The translations under genes were made by a program, and so were the position numbers. Shown one piece after another: positions 49,581 to 64,000 of a stretch of DNA of 64,000 nucleotides (within the stretch, counting starts at the first letter, position 1; each line of letters starts with the position of its first letter). The notes beneath the pieces are model-generated. The model was not told the DNA's origin and made no database searches. It worked only from the letters and a program-made list of their open reading frames with translations. The DNA is from the human T2T-CHM13v2.0 reference genome, Homo sapiens: assembly GCF_009914755.1 (NCBI RefSeq), contig NC_060930.1; one strand, written 5' to 3'.

Positions 49581-50562
49581 ATCCCTCTCTCCTCCAGCAT
49601 TCCTGTGTCTGTCTGGCCCTAAATGTATCCATGTGGCTACTTCTCCAGCCCCCTCCTTCCCTCTCTTCTGCCTGATAGAGGGAAGAGGAAGAGGAGGACG
49701 AACAGAGATCCTGAAATTCTGACTTGCTGCTATTCCAGAACCCAGCCTCCTGGGTTTCCCCAGTCCTCATTTTTCCTCCCAATACCCACCCTTCTCTCTC
49801 GAGGGATCTAGGCACCTTGGTCCCAGTGTCTTCCTTTTGTTCTCACTGCCAAACTGCCTGTCCTGGGATCTAGTTATCTTGGCCCTGCACTCTCAACATG
49901 AGTAGCGAACACTTAAATTGGGTTTTCAACAGTCCCAGCTTTCACTGCCAGGGTCCCAGTCAGATTCCAGGAATTTGCGCCCTAACTTTGCTTGCTAATC
50001 CTGGTTTAGAGCTATCCCACTAAAATATTTAATCCTAATTCTTAGTCCTTGCCTGTGAGATATGAGGTCTTACAGGAGACCTCAGAGCTCCCAGCCCTTC
50101 TCCTCCTGCTAACCCTTCTCACACCCTCAAGAGGAGTTAGAAAAGAGGTCCTTGTCATTCTCACCTCTTATGGAAAATGGAATAAGAAATAATCATATCC
50201 TTTCTTCCCACCCTTCTCCTGTTATTTAGGATTTCTGACAAAGCTGGCTTGAGATTGGTCACTTAGAGCCGACTGTCTCCTCTGCCTTTTGTTTTTCAGC
50301 TTCAGAGACAGATCCAATATAGTCCCAGGGACCTGGGTCTCTGGGAGAGGAAGGAAGAGGGAGGGAGCAAAGAGATTGGGGTATGTCCCCTGTAGTACAC
50401 TCTTACCTCTTACTTCCTAGACTTTGATTTCTCCGGCAGCCCAGATGTTCAGTTCTCTTGGCCCCTCTCTACCCCTTACTGGGATCTGGTTTTCATTTTC
50501 CGGTCCTTTTGCCATACACAGTTACAGAGATCAGTCAAATCCATACCACCACTGAGATCTCA

Positions 50563-50589
50563 TTTATTGCCACAGATGCACAAAATAAA
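50563..50589. terminator. Opposed polyadenylation signals of RNF39 (minus, 50563-50568) and PPP1R11 (plus, 50584-50589)
   Basis: TTTATT followed by AATAAA, separated by 15 bp. Confidence 0.8.
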
Positions 50590-51384
50590 TAACCCAAAAT
50601 CACAAAATGTGTTAAATATGGGCCCATTTATACTTATGGGGAAGGGTGTGAGACTATACACAAGGATGAGTTTGGAGATGTCTGAAGTATTCCCAGGTTG
50701 AGGAGGAGAGAGGGGAAATAGCACCATTGGTTCCTTTCCGTGAGTATGTGCGGGGAGAAGTTTCAAGAAGGTTCTTATGGAAAAAAGGCTGTGAGCATAG
50801 AAAGCAGTCATAGGAGGTTGGGGAACTAGCTTGTCCCTCCCCACCCCCGGATCCTGCAAAAGAGGTACAAAGCTTCCCAGAGGGCCACAGGGCCCAGACC
50901 AGAGTCAAGCCTCTTGTTTTAGGAGAAACCTCAGTGGACAGGCAGGGTAGCCCAGTCCTTAGATCTGTGGGGAAGGCCCTGAGCCCTTCTGGAGCTAGGA
51001 GTGGCAAGAGTGGGAGTCAAGTATTTGACCAGCAGAGCCTCTATGTAGGAATCATGGTCACTTTACCAATACTGATGGGGAGGGCCTGTTCCCCATTGCA
51101 GGCCTAGAATGGTTTGAATGGGAGAAGTCAGGAAGTACTGTAGTAGCTGTAGGGGAGAGAAGATTCTGAGAGCCAGAAGGCAGGAATGGATTTGGTTTTG
51201 AGCAGGGACGTGGAAACGTGGAGACCAGGTGAGGTCTCATTATTTTGGGGCGAAAATGTGGGTTGCTATTAATACTCCTGCAATGGGCGTGTGAATGTGT
51301 TCCCAGAAATGAGTGGGGAATTCCACCCCCAAAAAGCAGCTGCAGGGCCAGTGGCCGGGCCAAACTTCTAGTTGGAGACGAGAC

Positions 51385-51965
51385 TCAGCTTTCCGCTGGT
51401 ACAATGCGGAGCGGAGCACGAGGGTCGCAGGTGCAGAACAGCGGGAAGATGCGCTCCCCCAGGGGGCCAGGCGCCTGGAAGGCGTAAAGCAGGTCGAGTG
51501 AGCGGCCGTCGTAGAAGGCCACGCGGCCCCGCTCCCAGTCCAGGTCCACGCGAATGCGCCGCGGCGGGGGCTCAACACCGCCCAGCAGGGTGGGTTCGGG
51601 TGCCGTGAGGGCCCACAGGCGGCCGCCGCGGCCCTCCACGGCCCACACGGCCCCCGCAGGGCACAGCCTTACGCAGCCCTTGCGTTGCACTGATTCCCCG
51701 GCCGCGCCCACTGCATAGTGGCTCTCCTCGTCGTCCGCATCCTCCCCAGAAGAGTCTCTGCAGGAGGCGGCGTCCGCAGTCTCCACCTCCCAGCAGTGGC
51801 GGCCGGCCCCGAAGCCCTGCGCACCCAGCACAGCTGGGAGCTGATCGAAGCGCTTGGGGCCGTCAGGGGGCGCGGGCGTCCCTGGTGGGGCCAGTTGTAC
51901 GCTGCGGCGGTCGGCGGAGATGAGCAGGCGGCGGTGTGCGGTCCCAGGGTCCAGGGTCAGGTCGG
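51385..51965 (-). CDS. RNF39: RNF39 exon 4 (PRY-SPRY/B30.2)
   Basis: ADLTLDPGTAHRRLLISAD...RFDQLPAVLGAQGFGAGRHCWEVE...VDLDWERGRVAFYD...IFPLFCTCDPRAPLRIVPAES*; acceptor TCTCCAG at 51966. Confidence 0.96.
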
Positions 51966-52906
51966 CTGGAGACGGGGAGGCAGGGAGAGGACCTCATGAG
52001 AGAGTTTTCTAAATCACAGGCGGGGTAGGGTGGAGAATAGTCAACGAAGATCACGTAAAAGACTGAGAGCTAGTGACCACACAACAGCTCAAAAGGCGAC
52101 TGCAGGACCAAAAAGAAGGAAGGCATATGAAGAGCAGACCTGGGCAATATCAGACCTTGTACTGATGCACCACTTCTGTAGAATTGGACCTGGGGAAGGA
52201 TCATACTGGCCCAGTGCAGGGAGCACAGCAGGAAGATCAAATGAGAGGTTGTCTCGTTTGTGGGGTTGGGGGAGGAAGAGTGAGGCTGATCTGACTTCGA
52301 GGGAGGAGTAAGGACTGATACCTCAATCTGCATCATCTGGGGTGGGGCATGGGAGCTGGGTCAGCAAAATGGGGAAGGTTCATCTAAAGAGAAAGTCGTA
52401 CTGATACTGGAACCTCAAGTAATGGGAGGGGCACAGGGAGGAATCCAAGGTATCCTGAGAAACCAGCCCACCCACCCACAGGAATTGGGGGGTGGGGTGG
52501 ACAGTCCTATTTCTGTAGGGGTTGTGGGGCAGAGGAGGAGAGCAGGTGGTGATAGCCAGAGACCAGAAAAAGAACCATTGGCCTTATATGTATGGGGTGC
52601 TTTGAAGAAAAATTTCTGGATTAGGGGTGTCAGAAGCAATCTGGACTGGGCAAGATGGTGGATGACCAAGATGGTGGACCACCTTCTCTAGGCAGTTTAA
52701 AGAAGGGTAGAGGCACCCTTCTTCTTGGGAGTGAGTGAGGAAAGAAGGGTCAAGGAGATGCTGGGGTCCCCTTCCAGGGAGGAGTGACGAGAGGTGGTGG
52801 AAGCAGAGATTTTTGAGAGGCACCTAACCTTCAGGGATCTGTTGTTTGAATGTATGAAAAAGGAAGAGGGAAAATGGCTGGAATATGAGGAATCGAGGAT
52901 AGACAT

Positions 52907-53332
52907 TGTTATAGGCTGAACTGTGCCCTCCCCCACTCCACACACACACACAAAGATAGGTTGAAGTCCTCCAAACCTCAGAATGTTACCTTGTTTTGAA
53001 ACAGGATCTTTACATAGGTAATCAAGTTAAAATGAAGGTCATTAGGGTGGGCTCTAATCCAGATTGCTGACTTACAAAAAGAGGAAATTTGGACACAGAG
53101 ACAAATGCATACAAAAGAAAATGTGCAGACCTATCACCCAAAGAACATGTGAGGCTACCAGAGGCTAGGAGACAGGCATGGAACAGATTCTGTCTCATGG
53201 CCGTCAGAAGGAACCAACACTGCTGACACCTTGATTTCAGACTTCTACCTCCTGAACTTTGAGATAAATGTCTGTTGTTTCAGCCACCTACTTTGCGGTG
53301 CTTCATTAGAGCAGTACTAGGAAACTAATGCA
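52907..53332 (+). mobile_element. MLT1 (MaLR) solo LTR in RNF39 intron 3
   Basis: TG...CA termini with a perfect 5-bp TSD GACAT at 52902-52906 and 53333-53337. Confidence 0.85.
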
Positions 53333-53430
53333 GACATCAAAAAGGACCTGATCACTTTTTAGGGCTAAAAGGAAGAAAATCTAACACAGACTTTCATTCA
53401 ATTCCCTTCCCTCCCTTCTTCTTTCCTTAC

Positions 53431-53522
53431 CTGTCAGTCTATGAAGCATTTTTTTGACCACTGGATAATCTTCAGGGAGATCATCCTCTGAATTAGATGA
53501 CTTGGATGTTGGGACTTCAAAT
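53431..53522 (-). CDS. RNF39: RNF39 exon 3
   Basis: TGTAG|A FEVPTSKSSNSEDDLPEDYPVVKKMLHRLT G|GTAAGG; 92 nt, phases fit. Confidence 0.93.
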
Positions 53523-53729
53523 CTACACAGATGAGGGGAAGGGTCAGGAAATCAGCCCTCTGATCCTAATGCCCCCACGCATACCCCACTCACATCTCTG
53601 GAGGAAGAAGGGATGAGACTATACCCCAGAAAACCTGCCTATTAATGGGAACAAAGGTGTGGGCCCAGTGAGAACGTGATGGCTATGGCAGCTGGTGAGA
53701 AAAGGAGGGAACAGAAAAGTGGAACTCAC

Positions 53730-53752
53730 CGTCTCCATGTCTTCCTCATATC
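53730..53752 (-). CDS. RNF39: RNF39 exon 2 (23-nt microexon)
   Basis: CCTAG|GAT ATG AGG AAG ACA TGG AGA CG|GTGAGT (DMRKTWRR). Confidence 0.92.
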
Positions 53753-55496
53753 CTAGGATGGGCAGAAACAAACATGGATGTGAGCTCTGGGCTTCATTCC
53801 CTGGGGCATCCTTCCCTATCTCTCCCCTCCTCAGGTGAGTTCTGTCTGAGTTAGCAGTGTCCCTCCTCACCTTTCAGAGTGATCTCACCTCTTTACACAC
53901 TGTGCTCCTTTCCCTCTCATTCTCCTCCTTCACCTTTCATGATCCCTCCTTCCTCTCACCCCATCACTTTTCCCTCATCCTCCTAACTCCATCCCCACTG
54001 TCCTCCCCCTTTCCACTCCCCAAGGGTTCTCAATTCTCTTTTCCCAGGCTCGTCCATGACTGTTTCTTGTCCTCAGAGCCCTTGCCTTCCTTGCTGCCTC
54101 CTCAGTCCCATTCTCTGTCTCTTTCAGCGGCCCCATCCTTATCTACCTTCCCCAGTGCATCCCAGAAAAACATCTGTCCCTTCCTCCCTCCATCACACAG
54201 ACCAAACACACACCCAGAGCCCTCGGGCTAAGAGTTGGTATATAAAAGCCTTACAATAAAGCTGCTTCCCCTCTTGCAATAAAAGCCCAGTGGCATTTAT
54301 TGGGCCCTTTGCTTTGTGTCTCTGGACCCTGGCCAGGGAGGCAGCTAGACTTGAATGTGTCCCAAAAGGCCCAGCAGATCCACAGAGTACTATGGGAGCC
54401 AGGAGAGGGCACTGGATGCTCCCCTCCAAACACTGGGATACCGACCCCTCCACTTCACTGTCTAGTGCTGATGGCTGGAGCAGGCCGATATGGTGGAGCG
54501 GGGGAGAGAGAAACAATTTGCATAATTGTGCCAATTACTTTCAGACTAATTAGGTCTATGAAGACTTCAAAGGGCAGAAGCAAGACCCAAGACCAGCTTG
54601 GCTGCTGGGAAGAAGCCAGTCAGGAGTCCCAGACGCCCAGGGGTCGGTCGGGCAAGGGAATGGGCTGGTTAGTGGCCAAGGAGCCGGGGCCCAGGAGAGG
54701 CGCGGTGGGTAGATGGGTGGTAAGACTGGGATGTGGAGAGGAGCCAGAGGCCCCAGCGGCTGTTCTCCCGCACCTCGCCTCCACCCCTGGCCGCTCCTGC
54801 CTGGGGCCTTGGGAGGAGCCGAAATAACAATAACAAACAACACAGGGCTTAGCTTGAGCCAGAGTCCGAGACCAACCCCCACGACGCTACGGGGAGGTTT
54901 GGATATGCCCCAACCCCTTGCTCCCTTCCTCCATCCTCTTGTCAGTCCCCTCCTCCCCAGCTTTTTCTCCGCCCCCAACCCACCAGCCCAGCCTCCTGCT
55001 CCCGCTCCTCTAAGCAGGTTCTGCCCTCGCCCACCATCCTCCCAGGACCCCTCCTCACCCTCAGCTGGGTCGGCTCTCCCTTCCGCCCGCCGCTCCCTCC
55101 CCTCCGCCAGCTCTCCTCCTCCCGGGCGCCTGCGGCTGCCCTGCCAAAACTTCTGCAGTTCCCATGCCCTTCGCGGCGACTCCAGGGCTCTCCGCGTTCT
55201 ATCCGGTACCCCTTCTCTGCCTCCCCAGTCTCTTCTCTCCAGCCCCTCTCACAAGGCTCAGGCATCGGTCCAGCCTCCTCCCCTGTGGACCAAGTGTCAA
55301 CTCCATCCATCGTCCTTCCGGGCGCCTCTCACCTTGAGGACCCAGGGTCCTCGCCCCCTCATCCTTTGCTTTTCTCTCCCCACCCCATCCTTTGCCTAAA
55401 CTTCCACAGGGCCTCCGGCTCCAGACGTGCCATTCCCGGCTTCCCCGGGAATCTCCCGCTTCCACCAACAACTCCGCGACGCGCGCCCAGCCTCAC

Positions 55497-56063
55497 CTCT
55501 CCGGGCAGGTCCAGGCAGCCCATGGTGGGGATGCGCCCCCCTCGGCGTCTCCCCGCACGGGCCCCAGGCTCAGCCAGCTTCTCTCGCAGCTCGCGGCTGA
55601 TTCGCACCTCCACCGCCAGCCGCACATTAGACCTCAGGCTGCGGCGGGGACACGGCAGGCCGCAGCAGGGACAGGCGGTGGGGGAAGCCTCGGTGCCGGT
55701 CGCCGGCGGAGTCCCCCAGCGGCGGGCCAGACACGCGCGGCAGAAGCTGTGCTCGCACGCCAGAAGCACCGGGTCCTCGAAGGAGCCCCCGCACAGAGGA
55801 CACGTCGCCAGCTGCTCCAGACGCTCCACCAGCCCCGGGCCCAGCTCGGGCGCATCCATGGAAAGCCAGGATCTGGACGCCGCCCCTTCCGCGACCACCG
55901 TGACCGCCTTCGAGCGCGCAGATGGCGGGCCGCCCCTGCTGCTTGCTGTGTAGATGCCCTTCTCTCCGACTCCCGCATTAACTTTTGCCGCTTTCCGCCC
56001 CTCTCCTGGGATTGCCTCTCTCTTCAACCAGAGTCTCAGTCTCGTCAAATCTCTCCACCACAT
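55497..56063 (-). CDS. RNF39: RNF39 exon 1 (C3HC4 RING); alternative ATG at 55859
   Basis: CPLC...CEHSFCRAC...CPCC RING; donor GAG|GTGAGG. Full CDS 567+23+92+581 = 1263 nt = 420 aa (352 aa from 55859). Confidence 0.95.
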
Positions 56064-57679
56064 CAGGCTTTATAGGGAGGGAGGAGGCTCCCACGGGAGG
56101 TAAACACCAGGCCTTGCGTAACGCCTCATCTGGTTCTCCTGCTTCCCGGGTAAGGTTTGGGGGAGCAGGGAGGGGAGAATAGCACACCTGGTTCCCAGAG
56201 CCTAGGAGGCGGTCACTAGAGGGCGCTCTGGGGCGGGGTAGCCCTGTGTGGGGAGGGTAGCCCCCTGTGACCCCCCGAAGAGCCCCAATTTTACCTTCCC
56301 CTCCGCCTGTGGTACGCGCATGGGCCGGGTGCCCAGGCTCACTCTTGGCATGTGCGCCCACATTGCCAAGGTGCGAGTCATTCCAGGTGGCTGGCACACC
56401 TACATCTGGGGGCTGGGGGCCGGAAGCACAGATCCTGGTTTGTGTGGCTTTGGCAAGCCTCTGAGTGTTGATGTGTGGTTTTCATTCCTGGTGCCTCTCG
56501 CCTTTCCATCTTCCTTCCTTACCTATTAAGGGCTTAAGGGCATTCTGCAGCTCTGGGGTAAGGGGTGGGGAGCAGGCGCCCACACTTCGGCCTCAGGGAG
56601 TCGGGGCAGAGCTCTTTCAGCTCTACCTCTGGCCAGCTCCCAGGGCCTCTCCTTACTTTCTTCGTAAGTCTCTCTTTCTGGTTCTTTCTCTCTGTTTTTC
56701 CCCGTGTGTGATTTTATTACCAGTTTTCTCTTTCCTTCCTTCTTTGGAATGTACCCGGTATTATCTATTTCAACTCTGGTAGTTCACAGAGGCCCAGAGA
56801 ACTGGAATAGCCAAGGTCACATAGCAAGGGAATGACCAGAAGTGGAGCCCTACCCTGGTCTTCTGACTTGTGTTCTTGCTGTGACTCAACCCTGCCTTTT
56901 TCAGTTGCAGATCCCTGGGACCCCCTCCTGCTTCCTGATTTTTTTCTGGTGTTCCTTTGTGCCTTCATTCCTCACCTCCATTCTCTCTTTTTCTCCTTAC
57001 CTGCTCCTCTCCCCACCTCTCCTCTTCCTCCCTGCTCCCTCCTCTTCCTAGCTTCTCTACCCTTCCAATGCCAGGCCTAGCTAACTGGATACTCATGGGG
57101 GTTTGTGCATAAGTAAACATCCAGATGTCTACAACTATGATCACCCACACTGTTATATAACATGTGTCTGCATCCATCAGTGTCCAAATGCCCAAATGTG
57201 CACAAACTTGCAGACAGAAGCATTCATGTAATACAAACATCACAGCTAAATATAATGTGTATGAATAGCCTCATATGCATTGAATATCACTGGGATAAAT
57301 GTCCAGTATTATTTAGGAACAGACGGACATGCTCAAAGAAAACAGGCAAAGAGACAGATACTCTATCATCAGTTTTATTATTAATAAGAATAACAGTATA
57401 ACAGCAGTAAGTCTTTATGGAGCAGCAGGACTTTATTAGGCACCCCCTCCAGGCACTCTTCTTCTGCCTCCCCCATACTTATCGGGGAGACACTCAAATA
57501 TGACACCCTGATAAACAAACCTACACAAACAAACACACGTACATTCATCTTGGAACAACCCTCCCGGCTCAGTGCTCATAAAACACACAGATACCCAAGC
57601 ATAAGACTACAGTTGTGACTGAAATCTATTTTGTAAAAGATGCACTTCTATGCTCTGATAGGTAGCATAGAGAGATAGC

Positions 57680-57958
57680 AGCATGAGAAGTGATCAGCCT
57701 GACATTGCTGGCTTTGGAGACTGAGGCAGGAAGCCACAAGCTAAGGAAGTGGGTAACCTCTGGAAGCTGCAAAAGACGAGGGAATGGATTCTCTAGCAGA
57801 CCATTCAGAAGGAACCTAGCACTGCTGACACCTTAATTTTTGCCCAGTAAGACCCATTTCAGACTCTGAACTACAGAATAATAAAGTAACAAATGTGTAT
57901 TGTTTCAAGCTCCTAAGTTTGTGGTAATTTGTTACAGTATCAATAGGAAACTAATACA
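57680..57958 (+). mobile_element. MLT1D-like LTR fragment
   Basis: GCTGACACCTT...CTAAGTTTGTGGTAATTTGTTACAG...GGAAACTAATACA. Confidence 0.7.
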
Positions 57959-58259
57959 CAAGATTGCCTTTTCTCCTCCAGTCTCTGACTCTCTGAGTCT
58001 GTTTGCACTTCTGTGTTGTTGCACCTTCCAGTTTGTCATATTTTCTGGATGTCTCTGCCTCTCTTGACCTTCTTTTCAGTCTCATGTTATCTCTTTTCCT
58101 TCATTGTCCTGGCTTATCCCCAACTCCAAGGCCTCTCAGGATCTTTTTGGATCTGGGCTTGAAGTACTGGAGAAATGTCTCTGAGACTCCTCAAGAACCT
58201 CAATTGTCACCAATCCAAGTGCCTTGCTATGGCCCTCATGGGCTTGTCAGCGGTTAACA

Positions 58260-58895
58260 GCTTCAGTTGCACATTAGAATTATCTGGGAAACTTTAAAAC
58301 TCCTGATGCCCAAGTGACACCTCAGACCAATTAAACGGACACCCTGGGGGTGGGTCCCAGGTGTCAGTACTTTTAAAAGCTTTCCAGATGGTTGCAGTGT
58401 TTAGCTAACAGGAGAACCATGGTCTTGAATGACGGCTGTTCATGTGGGCTGGTCACTCCATTTTGCTCCTTGTGCTCTGGCTGCAGTGCCTTCTACTTCT
58501 CGTTCCCCGAGCCACTGCTGGTGCGGCTGCACCGCCTTTGCACTCACTGTTCCCTCTGCCTGGGCCCCTGCTCCTCCAGAGCTTCACATGGCTTTCTCCA
58601 TTTTCTCACTCATGTCTCAACCCAAAGGTAACATTCAGAGAGGACTTCTTTTACCACTTGTATCTCAAGTGGTCTTTCTCAAAGGTATTCACTATCTCTT
58701 TACCCATATTTATTATCTTCATGCTATTTATTACTGTCTGCAGTGATCTATTTATGGACTTTTGATGTGTCTCTGTCCAATAGAAGGTGAGTGAACAGGG
58801 ACCTAACCTTCATGTTTGCTGCTGCTTTCCCTGCACCTAGAATAGCACCTGGCACACAGTGAGCCTTAATAAACTTAGGTCCAGTTGTTGAATTG
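58260..58895. mobile_element. MER5-like (about 58260-58420) and L2 (about 58500-58895) fragments
   Basis: GCACATTAGAATTATCTGGG...; CTAGAATAGCACCTGGCACACAGTGAGCCTTAATAAA. Confidence 0.6.
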
Positions 58896-60863
58896 CTCAT
58901 TACACTGATTGGACAACCTGAGAGGGTCATTTGATTGACTCTGCTTAGACCTTCTTATCCTTCTCAACCAATAGTCATGCCTCACTGGCAGATGCCAGGC
59001 ATAGTGCTGGGAAACGCTCAGGTGTTATAAGACATATGGTGCTCAGTCTGGCTAGGAAGTTCATGACTAGTTGTCATTTGCCTTCCATAACCAGATGGTG
59101 AGGATTCCTGCTAACAAAGCATCAGCTCAACCTTTACGTCCAGGTTACAATGAGTTCATACCTAATGGTTCCAGGACACCAGTAAGGGAAAAGGCATTTG
59201 GAGACAGACTCTGCCTGGAAACATCTCACTTCTCAAGACCTTCTCCCTCCCTTTCCAGAATCCCTAACAACTCTATACTTGATGCTCTAATCACCACTGA
59301 GTTCATTCTATTTCCAGAGAGCCAGAAGGGTGGATGTGATTTTACGTGTGTCAGCTTGGCTTGGCTTGATCCAGTTGACCATGACGGGATCCTGTCTCTC
59401 TGCTAGGATCCACATCTTCCTTCCTTAATGTAGGTGTCTCCTAAATAACTGTTCCCACCCCTTTCCAACTCCTTCCAGGATTCCTACTTGTGGTGTTGTG
59501 GAGTGTGACAGCTTGATACCCATGCATGGCACTAGGGAATGTCAGAGGTGGGACAGGCCTTGACCCATCCCTTCTTTTCCTTCTCTTCATTTTTTTCTTC
59601 TATCCTTTCATTTATCCTTCAGTCTCTCTCCTCCATATTAGCAACATCCTCATGCTTTTAAAAGCCCCACTAGTCTTTAGAAGCTTTCCAGAGGGAGAGA
59701 TAAGTATGATAGAGGAGTTTGGGAGACTGATCACAGGACAGTCATGGTCCCTGCCCTTAGGAAGTGTGATAAGGCAGGTAAAGTGTATCCATCATCAACA
59801 AAATTTAGCATTACTGAATTAGGGTGTGTAAGAAGGCAGATAAAGTGTATCCATCATCAACCTAAATCTGTCATTACCAAATTTTAAAGGTGCAGTGACG
59901 GGGGAAGAGTGAGGGAGGATTCTGTTGACAGATTGAAGGACAAGTGGGAATCATTTCAGGAAGTCTTCCAGGAGGAGGTGACCTGTAAAAGAAGTGAAGG
60001 TTGTGTTGACTGGAAGAGAAGTGAAAAGGCCTGAACAAAGAATGTGAAGCATCTCTGGGGAGAAAACTGGATTGGGAAAAGAAGGGCTAGGAGGTAAGAA
60101 ATCAAAATGAAGGAGACCATAATTCTTTCTCAATTCCCACTCACTATGCCCTTCCCAAAGATTTTCTTCAATCTTGATTGTTTCTATAATGACTCATTTT
60201 TTTAAGGACTTGGATGTTTACACTGTGCTTTAACATAGCTGGAAATTCTATTAGACCAGAGCAGTTTTCCTATGCAACTACTCCAAGGACTCTGAGTAAA
60301 ACTTGCCCTGATGGGGGAGGCAGTTTTAGGAGGGGTGGCTTGAGGCAGGGATAGAGGAAGAATATCCAGCCAGATTAATCCAATCAATCTTGATACTCAA
60401 ATACATGACTATGTTATAGAAATGTCACCTTCATAGTCCATTCTCTCATTTAACCCTATAACAGCCGTGAGGCCAAGTCCAGCCATGTTACACTGAGGCC
60501 CCTGGGATTCTGGCATGGTAAGGGATTTGACTAGGCTCAAACAGCCGGCAGGAGGCAGAGCCAGGACTGAAATTCAAACCTGCTGGCTCCAAAGTCTATA
60601 TTCTTTTCCTTAAATATTAATTTCTTTCTTTTGAGACTTTACTTTCTCTTTTCTGTCCCTCCTGGAAGGCTCCTTCCTTTCTCTCCCTTTAAATCCCTGC
60701 TTAGGGCTAACAGTTTCTCTGAAATGTTGCCCATCCTTCAAGTTCATGTAGGTGCTCACTTATTCTCTTTCCTTCCAACAACCCACCTATCAATGTCACT
60801 AATATTTCTATCCATCATTTAAATTCTCCCCTAAATGTTCACTATTTGTCTTCTCAGTTTTCT

Positions 60864-64000
<3,137 letters not shown>

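Noticed and set aside
49132-49815. 227-aa minus-strand ORF antisense to PPP1R11 exon 3
   Set aside because: No recognisable domain, low complexity; a shadow ORF.
54300-56529. Many overlapping 100-230 aa ORFs around RNF39 exon 1
   Set aside because: GC-rich CpG island depleted of stops; Pro/Arg/Gly-rich translations with no motifs.

Overview
Human (primate) genomic DNA from the MHC class I region on chr6p22.1, identified from the translated proteins and gene order. The left ~36 kb is almost entirely interspersed repeats (L1, Alu, MaLR/ERV LTRs, Charlie1, MER). It holds a 5'-truncated processed eRF1 pseudogene (ETF1P1) and a very young AluYb8 that is probably the dimorphic AluyHJ. A compact gene cluster follows: POLR1HASP/ZNRD1ASP (minus, head-to-head with POLR1H), POLR1H/ZNRD1 (plus, 126 aa), PPP1R11 (plus, 126 aa) and RNF39 (minus, RING + B30.2, 420/352 aa). 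The 3' ends of PPP1R11 and RNF39 overlap. The window ends in the 3' part of a young L1PA. The most notable signal is that the 'antisense lncRNA' POLR1HASP can be spliced by hand at canonical GT-AG sites into a 3-exon, 358-codon frame broken by one TAG (37815-37817). No CRISPR, tRNA or rRNA was seen, and I found no convincing wholly new system. Repeat subfamily names are from recalled consensus features and need RepeatMasker confirmation.
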